From Saccostrea cucullata (taxonomy: Eukaryota): 64,000 bases of DNA. How positions within the stretch are numbered: position 1 is the first letter of the stretch; each line of letters starts with the position of its first letter. The stretch is taken from positions 186,001-250,000 of the forward strand of contig NW_026933134.1 of the NCBI RefSeq assembly GCF_032062105.1, written 5' to 3'. Shown here piece by piece: positions 23,301-35,020 of the stretch. The translations under genes were made by a program, and so were the position numbers. The notes beneath the pieces were generated by a model that ran no database searches, was not told the DNA's origin, and saw nothing but the letters and a program-made list of their open reading frames with translations.

Positions 23301-26300
23301 TAGCTCCCATTAATTATTTCAAACCTATGCCCCGACATTCTCTTTGCACGAGAGAACAAATTTGTTTTCCAATATGAATCAGTCCACAAAGAGAATACTC
23401 AATTTTTAATAAATATTTAATAACATTTTATGCTATAAATTTTAGAATTTTTAAACCAAATGATAAAGTTACAAAATTTGGGGTGAGATAGGAAAGGTTC
23501 TTACCGGTTTTAAGTATTGTTGTTTTATCTATGTTTATAATATAAACTACACATAATAATGCACAAAAATTATTAATCCTTTTAAATCACACAGGAAAAA
23601 CTCGTTGGGATGGAGAAAACCTCTTTGGGAATGTCTAGTTATAGACTATAAGATGATTGGAAAAGCAAAAAAAAAAACCTGCTATTTTGTCTTTTATACG
23701 TCGATGTTGTTCAAGTATATGTTTACAGAAACGATAACATCCATTACAATGAAAATAGCATATGAGTCTAGAATCAAATATTAAAGCAGTGAAAATATAG
23801 CCAAATCAAAAATATTGTTTTTTCTTTTTTGGCAGTTTCACAGGCTGAACATCAAACTTTTCAGACAGTGCTAGAAGATTTGCTTCGTAAACAGATTGGA
23901 AAAAGAGTTATTCTAAAAGTTGATCGGTCGCATCTTCTCCAGGGTGCATTTTCACATTTCAAAGTCAAAGGGAGCGAACTAAGTCCTCTGGATGTCAAGT
24001 TATATACAGAAAGCAACGAAGAACCCTATACAAACTTAGGAGGTCCAAACAGGGAATTTTTCACTCTAATTCTTGAAGAATTTAAATCTCCCCAATTGGA
24101 CATGTTTGAGGGTCCTGGAAGCTACCTTTTACCAGTAAACAACAGAAAAGCGCTAAATGGAGACATGTTTTATTTATTTGGGAAAATTTCGGTTCTTTCG
24201 ATAATTTCTGAAGGTCCGGGTTTTCCATATTTTCCTCCGTTTTTGGTGAGCTATTTGAGGGATAGAGAATTTGAACACGAACTAAGTAGTTTGTACATAG
24301 TGAATACATACCTGACTGATTATATTAACCAGGTAACTTACATGTTTCATTTCAAGTTTTCAAGTTTCAAGTTTTTATTTAAGACAAAGACCCCAACTGG
24401 GGTATATGAATACAAATAACACAAGTTTTTTTTACATATAAACAAGAATGCATGAAAGAATGAGTGGTACTAATGTTATTTACATGTACAATTCACATGT
24501 ACGAGGGTTGTCCCGTAAAATCGTGGACAAGTTGTCTACTTTGAAAAATAATCATCACTGCGTTCTGAAATTTTCACCACTTTTTAGTAGATAAATTATG
24601 AATATACATAGCAAATTTCAAACAGATATATGCATAGGTAAACAAATTGTGATATTTTATGTTATGTACTGTATCGCCCTACGGCGCACGGATGATAACG
24701 TCAAAGTTAAAACAGCGTCAAGTTTCATCTTTGCTAAACTTTTGGATAAGCCCCACTTAAATTTAGAAATTTTATTGATTTACATATGTGAGTATCTATA
24801 ACCAGTTAAGAAACCAAAAGGCAAAATCTTCTGAATATTTATTAGCAAGTTACAGACAGTATTCTCACCATCATTCAACTAAAAGAGAATCTCACATCGA
24901 CGGTCGACAGTGACAGTGTCCTTTGCTATAACAAATGGCAATATGTTTTGTACTAGACACGAAGACTTATTAAGAAAACTTGCATTTCATTTATATACTA
25001 AAGATTGAATATTTTTCATATTTTCTTTCTTCTGTATTCATTTAAAGTCTCTTAAGGCGTCATTACAACATCCTAATCTATCTGAACTGCTCTCCGGTGC
25101 GGTTCATAAAAAGTCGCCATTTTTCGTGTATTGTGTTTATTACTTTCCCATTTCAGAAACTGCCAAAAATTAACCAAAATGCCTAAAAATTTTTAAAAAG
25201 ACGACAGAATTGATTAAGGAATGGAATTAGGATAATTTTCATCCTAATCTTATGTATTGAAAACTTTTGTTACGAATTAATACTTATGTCTTCTCTAATA
25301 CAACCTTGCTATTTTTACCGTGCGCCGTAGGACCTTACCTTGGGCACATTCAAGCAGAATAAAATCTTTATTTTTGAATATATATTATCAAAAACATTAT
25401 GATTCACTTAAATATGATGAATAAACATTTACTGAAAATTTCAGCTTAATGCACCCATTACTTTTAGAGAAAAACGCTTTGTCCACGATTTTATGGGACA
25501 ACCCTCGTATAGTTCAAATAATAAAGTATAGAAGGCCCCTGCTTATACAAAAAAAAACTATATGTATTTATAACATTTGTTAAATAGTAGTTTTGGTATT
25601 ATTATCAATATATTACTGACAATAAAATTTTACAAAATTTGGCGAGCCCAAAAATAACTTTAGTATCCTTACAATTTAATAAGTCATGAAATTTCATATT
25701 AAAATAAATCTAATGAAACGCGCGCGCGCGCGCGCGCGCGCGCGCGCGCGCGCGCGCGCGCGCGCGCGCGCGCGCGCCCGCGCGCGCGCGCCCGCGCGCG
25801 CGCGCGCCCGNNNNNNNNNNNNNNNNNNNNNNNNNNNNNNNNNNNNNNNNNNNNNNNNNNNNNNNNNNNNNNNNNNNNNNNNNNNNNNNNNNNNNNNNNN
25901 NNNNNNNNNNNNNNNNNNNNNNNNNNNNNNNNNNNNNNNNNNNNNNNNNNNNNNNNNNNNNNNNNNNNNNNNNNNNNNTATTTTTATTACCAAGTTTCTG
26001 CATTTCTTTATTCATTTAACTTTTTTCTTAAGTTTACATTGAACCGTTTCAGAAGGTAACTTGTCATTGCAATAAGTTAATACTTTTTAAGTCATTTTAA
26101 AGTAAAAAAAAAAATCAGTCTTCCATATGGCTATTCTGGCTATTCACGATGTAACAAACCAGTCACTACTTTATTGCCATTGTTATATTTTAAAAAGGAA
26201 CTGATTTATTGATTTAATAATAATTTATGACATTTTTTAAGATATGTAATGCAACTAGCCAAGAAGACCTGGACAGAGTCATTAGCGAAGATGAAGAACG

Positions 26301-27902
26301 ATTCATGGAAAACTGCGGTTGGGCGCGAACTGATATGGTTACAGTAAGTATTTTTTCTCTTCCACATCAAATTATAATTATCCTTTAAAGGTTTTTTTTG
26401 TAACTGAGTGTACAATTAAAAGAAATACAAATGAATTTTTTAAAAAAAAGAATTCGGAATCTGTTTTATTTTTATTTTTTAATGTCATTTCAAGTATTAC
26501 AACGACAAAATTTTATTCTTAAATGTACAAACATACATTTTAGATGTACACAACAATGACATACACCGAGAACTGTGATTTGATACATGTAAACAATATA
26601 ATAACAACATAATTTAAAAATAAATATCACAGTAAAGGATAATAATGGTGTTATGGTCGGAAATAACAACGATATTATAATGCTGCAAAGCCACTGAAAT
26701 GACATTACAGTTATAAAGCTGATTAATAAGCATGTAGCTGTCAGGAGCAATACACATACTAAAATACAGCTTTCAAATTCATGTAAAAATCATTAAAACC
26801 AATATTAATGTCAACTTCTTTTTTTATTATTATAATATGTAGTGTAGTATAACACATAACTAACGAGAAAATAACTATTGCTAAAGAAGTATTGATATTC
26901 AAGTAAATATTCCATCATATTTGGGTTTTTTTTTTAAATTAATCTATTTTCTAAAAGTATGTGAGGAAAATTTTACGATCATTTGAAAAAAATGATGTGA
27001 ATAAACAATGAACTGTGAGAAAATATTGTCATTTTAGCTAAGCAAGCGTATGATGTACGTTCAAACTCTGATTCGATGGGAGCTGTTCGACAAAAGAAGA
27101 GACGTGTACGACCAACTGAAGAAAGGTTTAAATGTGTTGAATTTTCTTGATCGTACAAAAGATCTGCAGGACTTCGAACATTTGTACATGTGTCGAAGCA
27201 AGCATAAAACAACAGCTGACTATATCAAGAAAAAGTTATTACCGGAAGTAAAAAGATTACAGCCACAAGACAAGGAAGAAGAAGACGCAAAGAAGTTTAC
27301 GTTAAGATGTCTCAAAGATTTGGAAGGTGATTGCTTTTGTTTTCTGTTTTAGTTTATTACACTAAAATTCAATCTTTCAATTCTTACAATTCTTAAAAAA
27401 CAAGTTTCAATTCACAATTCAAAGTTTTTTTGATAAAAAATTGTTCAGTTTAACATGTTTACATGTATCAGTAAACTGTATCTGACGGGTCGCAAGGGGA
27501 TGCTTACTTCTTCATGGCACCTGAGCCTACCTCTTAATTTCAAGAGGACTATTTTTGCTCTTCTACCATTTTGTATTGTACCAATAGATTCATTCATTTC
27601 ATTGCAGTTTCTTGTCTCATATTTTGTTATGAAAATAATGTTTAAATTTTATAGATGAAGAGGCTGCACATCTGTTCCAATTCATTACGGGTCTTGATGA
27701 TTTACCAGCTCAGGAACTTCCAATAGGCGTAGAGTTCAACAGGTTTAACCGTGCAGCAGAACTTCCGGAGGCAATTACTTGTGTGCAAAGACTTATTCTT
27801 CCTCTTGGAAACAAAACGAAACTTCAGCTTTACTCATCTTTCGACAAGGCCCTTCAATTTGGTAGAATAGGATTTAGCGAAAAAACAAGTGCGAGCAAAT
27901 AG
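20347..27902 (+). CDS. Small HECT-domain E3 ubiquitin ligase (G2E3-type HECT-like, HECT-only), predicted N-myristoylated; paralogue B, ~392 aa
   Basis: Exons 20347-20389 (MGGGQSVSKQEVPP, donor GTGAGT), 23836-24332, 26242-26343, 27038-27326 and 27655-27902; phases are consistent and total 1179 nt. Motifs are LKVDRSHLL, NLGGPNREFF, GPGFPYF, FITG, LPEAITCVQRLILP (catalytic Cys) and IGF near the C-terminus. The internal 102-nt and 289-nt exons have the same lengths as in paralogue A. The link from the first exon is inferred. Confidence 0.85.
21495..22960 (+). mobile_element. Decayed Penelope-like retroelement fragment interrupted by a MITE
   Basis: RT remnants FNLTFR, LSLNN, IYP...VKDTNESATSVSF, KRDDFSFSI.NFPY and SNIP, then GVYV/[insertion]/QLIR and YNDLVSKYN. 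The conserved 3' motif is at ~22800-22870. Confidence 0.7.
21800..22524. mobile_element. Fold-back MITE with ~230-bp TIRs and 8-bp TSD (P-element-like CA...TG termini)
   Basis: CACAGGCACTTGTTT...AAACAAGTGCCTGTG, with long inverted arms (21800-22030 vs 22270-22524). TSD is GTTTATGT/CTTTATGT (1 mismatch). Confidence 0.8.
24502..25507. mobile_element. Non-autonomous mariner-type element (CGAGGG termini, TA TSD) in an intron of HECT paralogue B
   Basis: TA|CGAGGGTTGTCCCGTAAAATCGTGGACAA and TTGTCCACGATTTTATGGGACAACCCTCG|TA. Confidence 0.88.
25719..25810. repeat. (CG)n run adjoining an assembly gap (probable artefact)
   Basis: About 45 CG units, directly followed by Ns. Confidence 0.6.
25811..25978. 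other. Assembly gap (168 N) inside intron 2 of HECT paralogue B
   Basis: Run of N characters. Confidence 0.99.
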
Positions 27903-30900
27903 ACATACAAATATATTTCAAGGGGTGTTGAGAGCAATGCATGTATACGAGTAAATTCTTTGCAATGCTTGAATTCAATATTTAGCTTGTTTATTATTTT
28001 TATATTTTTGGGGATGGTTGTTGCAGTTAAGCATAAAATAAACGCTACTTTCAAGGGTGAAGCAGTATTTTATTGATGACGATATTTTGAAGTTTTGAGA
28101 GGCAATAAGAAGAAAGAGGTTTGATTTGCAATCAATGATTAGAAAATAACATCTTCGTTTTCACTGAATATTTTACACTGAATATTGCATATTCTGGTTT
28201 ATCAAAACAGAATTTATTTCAAATCTTTATTTCTAGAATGAAAATAAAAGATAACTGTCTCCTTCTTCATAATAACACGTTGTACCAGTTTGTACAAGTA
28301 ATTTATAAAGATCTATGAAATACAACACAGCTGGAATTAATTGAATTTTTTTCAACATTTGTATTACATGTACAATTTTAACAAGTGGCCAACTTTTTGG
28401 ATCTGCAAGGAAATGAAGAATTACTGTATTTTCTTAAAGTGTAGAATACAAAATCAAACTTGAACGATTCCTATTCCAATTACTGTCAGATTTTCTAAAT
28501 TAAAATCAGCAAAACTGGGAGTCAGCTGAAGATAGCTTACACTGAAGATGTAGATATAGGTTACTGAAAAAGAAGTTTTGCTACAATCGTATCAACAATC
28601 TCGTTGTGAGGTAAGTTTACTATTTAATTGTCATTGGATTACTCCGTTCTTCATTTAAAGACAAAGGACTTTATGCTGGCATCATAACCCAACTTTGTGT
28701 TTAAAGAGACCCGTGTCTCTCAATGTATTTGACTTTTAAGCATGGTTGCCCTTCATAATATGTTAAAGTTACATGTATGTTAAATGATAAAGGTACTCCG
28801 GTATTACACGTACATTTATATATTTCAGTGAAAAAATTCTAAAATTATAGAGACTGCTTCTTAAAGTTACGTAGAAGAATTGACAATAGGTTATTGAGCA
28901 CAGTACGTGATGTTTATATGATAAAATGCACAATTTAAAGATACTATGGTATGTTCTAATTCTTTTAAGAATTATTAGTGTTATGAATTAATCATTCAAT
29001 AAGCAGTCTCATCATTATCTAGTTATTTAGGTCTGTAAAAAAAACTAAAGAACATAATCTTTAACACAACATGAGCATTGTGCATTTTACAATATTTTTT
29101 AAAAATGCATACGGCAGAACTTCAGACTTTATGGAAAAGAAAGACGCCATTTTTTAATGTGTAGTAAGGAGTGTACATATTTGTTACATTGTTGTAGCTC
29201 TTGCTGTATTTATTAGATTCTTCTAATCATCTGTAAAACTATCGATGTTAAATTTATTGCGTTAGTTTGTAAGAAAAAAAAACGATGACCAAATTGACTT
29301 TCTGCGTTTTATTGGTATTATTTTCTGTGTATAGCATTGTCCTTCCACGAACTATTTGTTGTTGACAAGTTTGTATTTTTGCAAGGTCATTCCTTCCTTT
29401 CTTTCAAATAAGAACATTTATGTGTTTAACTACATGACTACATGTTTAACCAGACTTAATAATTATAATTCTACAAGGTCAAATTGAGCAGCGGAACTGC
29501 CCTGGGCAATCACGTGTTTGCAAAGACTCAAGGTTTTTTATTCTAATCTTAAAATGGAAAGTGTCTGATATATAAATATGTGTGTATTTATTACCATCAA
29601 CATAATTGCCTCTAAATTTCGTCCATTTTTGGCAATTTATATCTTTGGAATGGATGAAAAACAAGATATTCATCAAAACATTGCATGCATGACAGTAAAT
29701 TGAGGGCCTTTTGCAAAAAATGCAATAACATCTGATAAATGTGCATGCAAATATTTCCTCGTCCACCTGCATTTTTGGAGATGTATGGTTCTTCATATTA
29801 TTTTGACAGATGTGGAAAAGAAACTGACCGAATTTTTCCACATATGCGTAGTCATTTAACAATGTGAAAAATGAGCATTGTTATTCCGTATAAATGGTCA
29901 TAAAGAAGGAACTACGAGCAAAGATTGAATAATGAAAAGATAAAAGGGGTCCTCTATGATTTGTAAAAAAAAAGATGAAAAAAGAAGAAAATCAAGAAGA
30001 AGCTGATAAAAATTGTAGATCTTTTAAAGAAAATGAAACCTTCAACAGAACCGGGTAGTTTTATCAAGGTGAGATATGTAGAATACCGGGTACAAGAAAA
30101 CATTTGGATCTAACAAGTTGTAGATAACTTTGTAAAACATGGTTCATTTTGTGAATGGTCTCATTTTATTTGTGTGTTATATGATAATACAGTACAGAAT
30201 AAAATGATACAGGTAATTAAAATGCTTTTATGACCCATTTTGTTGCACATTAAAAAAACATTTTAAAAAGTTTTGCTGGCAAACAAAAGATATGGTATTC
30301 TTTTTAAAATTACTCTTCATTTTATTTTCATTATTTATATTCCATTTTCTAGTACTGTATTAAGATTCTCTTCTTCTTGTACGAATTGCAGCGACTAGAT
30401 GTATGCTTTGATTTAAGTTTTCATATAATTGCTGTGGAATTTGGCATGTTTAACAGTGTATAATTACAATATATGGAGATATGCCAAGATTCATACATCA
30501 ATTAAAGTATGTAAATTAACCGAAATATGAATTGGAAGGTTTGGTATGAAATTATTATTTAATGTCTCCAATATGTTCAAATATTTGCTTAGCACGAGAT
30601 TGACACTTTCATAAGTTTCTGAAACTTGGATTTATAACAACATGAAACCCACAACAATTCCATGAATAAAAAGAAAAACTGAATTTTATTTCCGCCTTCA
30701 ACTTAAAGTGTTTTATTGTATCCCTTTTTAGTTATTTTGCCGAAGGTATAAATTCTTCTTACTCTTAATCTTCCTTCACACATAGTTAATTAACCTCTTG
30801 CTTAAAATATGTGACCTTAGTTGTGAAGACATGTAAAAAGCAGAAAGGATTTTAGGCAAAATGGACCTTATTTAAAACCTTAACGAATGTAACAATTTTC

Positions 30901-31397
30901 ATTTCTATGAAGTGAATTATGGTTAATTAAGATAGTTAAGGAACATGAACATTTACATTCATCTAAGCATTTTAAAACTACATTGTGCTGTATTCAGGCT
31001 GCATTACGTAAATTTTTGTTGTTGCATACATGTAACAGCATTCCGGAAATGCAAACTGCAAAGGTTAAATTTATTTGGATTCAACCTAACTGAATATTTC
31101 ATTCGTCTATTCAAATATTTACAAAATTGATTGTGTCTACAGTTCCGTAAAACACTTCCCTCATTAAATTAGGTCAAGTTCCATCACTTTTGATCTTGTA
31201 CTTTGAACTAACAAGAATCAAGGTGATTCATCACATATTTAAAAAAGAAATCTGTTTTCATCGTAGGGGATATTTAATTGAAATAAATGAAGATATATCT
31301 TTGAACTTAAATACTTTGCAATATTTGAAAATTCATTAAACCTTCTCCGATAACACTTCTTTTTCAGCTGCAAGTAGAAAGGAAGAAGGGTATTCCA

Positions 31398-34300
31398 TTT
31401 AAAGTCAGCTGAGGCACTCAGATGACCTATTGCTATCTGTTCTCGTCCGTCTTCGTGCGTCGTTCATGCTCGCTTCGTCGTCTAACATTTGAACATTTTC
31501 TCGTAATCCACTGAACCAATTTCAACTAAATTTGATATTTTGCATCTGTGGGTGAAGGGGAACAAAACTGTAAATTCATGGCCCATCCCCGGGCACTGAA
31601 GGATGGGGAAAAACCTCTTATATTAATGCAATCTTTAAATTGTTCTTTCTCCTGCACATCAAGCAGTTAAACTGTTGGCATGATTGTAATTAGCAGTGAG
31701 TCCTCAACCAAAATTATTAAATTCATGGCCCCAGAGTCAAGGGTTTTATAACGCTACGGCGGGGATTTATAGATTATATAGTGAACGTGCATTAATTCTT
31801 TGAAAATCTTCTTCACTGCTTCTGGGTTTTAAAACAACGAACTTAATGTATAGATATGATGAAGCAATTGTGTCTCTTCCAATAGAGCGAATTTCATGGC
31901 CCTTGGATCAGCTCCCAGGTAGCACAAAACATTTTCAAAACATTTTATTGGTGTTGTAAAAAGGTTTTTTCGAAACATTTCAGACTAAACATTTTAAAAA
32001 CATTTTTAAAACATTTCCTCTTCTCTTTATAACATTTTAAAAACATTTTTAAAATGTTTTCAAGAAGCTTATAATTAAATCCTTTTGAAACATTTTTATA
32101 AAATGTTTTTGAAACGTTTTAAAAATGTTTCAAAAGGTATGTTTTACTTTCAAATATCAAAGATTTTTATATAACGTTTTAAAAACGTTCTAAAAACATG
32201 AAATGAAACATTCCTTTCCCATAAATCTGAAACATTGCATGAGTACGTTTCTGAAACATTTGGAAGGAACGTTGTCAATTTAATGTTTTTGAAACATTCT
32301 TAATTCATTTAAGGAAAATTTTTCTTAAAATTATTCTAAGGGTATGTATAGCTTCAAAATATTAAAGATCTTATAAAACGTTTTAAAAACGTTCTTAAAA
32401 CATGAAATGAAACATTCTTTTTCTGTAAAACGGAAACATTGCCCTTACGTTTCTGAAACAATTGTAAGGAACATTTTAAAAATATTTTTAAAACATTCTT
32501 AATATCGCTGTTAGTTATAAACATTTAATTCCGGATATTTTTCGGCCTAGGCAGTGAAAATGTTTATTTAAAACATTAACTAAAATAATTATTTTCTCTA
32601 CAATTCAAACATTTTAATTATAGTTTTTGTAACATTTTTTGAAACATTTTCAAAATGTTTCTGAAACATTTATGTAATTGCGGCACAATTGAATTCATCT
32701 ATTAACTTTAAGAGTATGTTGTGAGAATAATTTTAGAACATTCAATTTAATGTGTTTCCTTTTTTTAAAGACTTCATTTTTCATCGCTGCAACATTTTTT
32801 TAATGCTATTTTCAAAATGTTCTTAAAAGTTCAAATAATGTATGATTGCGATTTTCCTAAAATTATAGTTTATGAAGAAAAAAAAGAATATATAGAAAGA
32901 ATAGTGTTGAAATGAGGAATAGTAATTTTTTAATTGAAAGATTTTTTCCGGTATTTTATAATGATTTCTAGCTTTGGCTTATTGATTAAACAGACATTTA
33001 TAAAGTCCTTTAATTAAAACAAATCAAAAAATCAATAAATGAAAGGATAGGCAAATACAAAATTTAAAATATAAATAAATGTATAAAATCATAAGCATTT
33101 GATAAAACTCTTATTTAAAAAAATGTTCTTCATCAAATCTGTGATCCACTCCCAGGATTTTACTCTGAAGCATTAGATAGGGATTGGCACACTGGTCAGT
33201 TTCAGTGTCATGATAACCTATTATGCAATTTTCCTGCTGGGCAGCGCGTTACAGAGTATAGTGGTTTGCTGCTTATCTAGGCCAAATTTTGAATTCTGGT
33301 AAACAAGATGTGCGCGCTTACTCCGTGCCGATTTGAATGAGAAGACTTTGCACCATAAAACCACAATAATAACCTCGGGATTTATTAACTTTGAATGGTA
33401 AGAATTATTCCTATATCATAGACTTTAAAAGATCATTTAAAAATGACTTTTATACTACCAGTGCACGATCAATAACTTTGTACAAATGTATGTAGCATAC
33501 GTATGTATTTGATTTGAATATTTCATTCTTAAGGCAACACAATTATATCCTTGATTCAAGTATTCGTTGTCTTTATGAAATGTTTTAAAATCATCAAACA
33601 ATATCATGAATATGTTGATTTAAAAATGAAATTTCTTTACAGCATGGTGTTGATTGCATCATCCGTATTTTCAAATTCCAACATTCAAAAGACCCGCCTT
33701 TGGTGAAGGCAAAGGTGTACGTAAATACTATTACTCTTCGATAATATTGTCATAGTAACTATTATTCTGCTTTTTTCAATGCAAATGAGGAAAGAACTTA
33801 AATTTGTTATAATTATTTAAAATATTTTTTGTATATTTTCATTGATTATCTTACATGTAAGATACATTAGATGTAGAACGCTGATACAAACACAATTTTC
33901 CTTATCTTTACAGGTTGTGCTATTCTTTCCGAGGGGCAGATTCCTTATCAGCCTTTTCAGTGTATGTGATTCTAACTAAGTCTTGGGGATCCGCCTCTGT
34001 GTTCGACCTATACTGTGAACATAGGATTTCTGTGATTCTGTTCTTTTAAAATTCAGTGAATGGATTAGACGCCGTTTTCACCCTTTAAAAACCCGGTGAC
34101 TTGAAAGAAAATAAATTAAAACTTGTACCGAGAATGGAATTTAAATGTGATTAACATTGATTAACATATTGAATATGGGTTTGTATTAAAGGTTCAAAAA
34201 TTAAATATAATTTGTGTTTATTTCTTTTAAAATATAAATATATCATTATTTAATTAGAAAAGTAAAATTTCAGTAAAAATACTTTTGTAACCTCGACGTG

Positions 34301-35020
34301 AATGTTTTGAAAACGTTTTAAAAACCAAACAAATTAAATGTAAAAAAAAAATTGAAAATGTTTTTGTTACATTTTATAACAATGTTATGATAACATTAGT
34401 TGAAATATTTTGTAAAATGTTTTAAAAACATTTAAAAAACCATACAAAATCACGTGATTATAACATTGTTCAAAAATGTTTTTGTAACATTTTAAGAAAA
34501 TGTTCCAGAAAAATTTGCTGAAATATTTCACTAAAATGTTTTAAAAACGTTTAAAAAACCATACAAATTCACGTGATTAAAACATTATTGAAAATGTTTT
34601 TGCAACATTTTAAGAAAATGTTCTGACAACATTTTGCTGAAATATTTCACTAAAATGTTTTAAAAACGTTTAAAAAACCATACAAAATCACGTGATTAAA
34701 ACATTTTTAAAAATGTTTTCGCAACATTTTGAAAATGTTTTAAAAACATTTTAAAAATGTTTTTGTGTTAGCTGGGAGGGGCTCTATTGTTAGGTTGGGG
34801 CTATACAATAATGTATTAAAAATGCAAAAATTCTTTGAACATCATCTTCTATGCTTCTGGGTATTAATCAAGCTAACTTCATATATAGATTTGATGAGCA
34901 AGGGTAGTTCCTCCAAAATTAGTATCTACATGGCCCCAAGGTCAGGGGTTCATGTCTTAGGTTGGGCTCTATTGATTATATAGTGAAAAAGCATTAATCC
35001 TTTGAAAATCTTCTTCTCTG
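31398..35020 (+). mobile_element. HINE/CvA-like element with degenerate tandem satellite units, split by a 2.9-kb insertion
   Basis: Head ...CAGCTGAG...CTCAGATGACCTATTGC...CGTCCGTC. Repeated units AAATTCATGGCCCC...GAAAATCTTCTTC occur at 31570-31910 and resume at 34780-35020. Confidence 0.7.
31914..34776. mobile_element. Non-autonomous CACTA/EnSpm-like element (CCCAG...CTGGG termini, massive subterminal repeats)
   Basis: TIR CCCAGGTAGCACAAAACATTT / ATGTTTTTGTGTTAGCTGGG, dozens of AAACATTT/AAATGTTT motifs at both ends, ~119-bp tandem units at 34340-34740 and two ~205-bp units at 32150-32500. The TSD is ambiguous. Confidence 0.75.

Noticed and set aside
23595-23640. Additional HECT-B exon
   Set aside because: It has a plausible acceptor, but the required phase hits TAG and there is no good donor; exon 1 splices in frame directly to 23836.
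25686-26042. Poly-(Arg-Ala) ORFs
   Set aside because: They are translations of the (CG)n run and the N gap.
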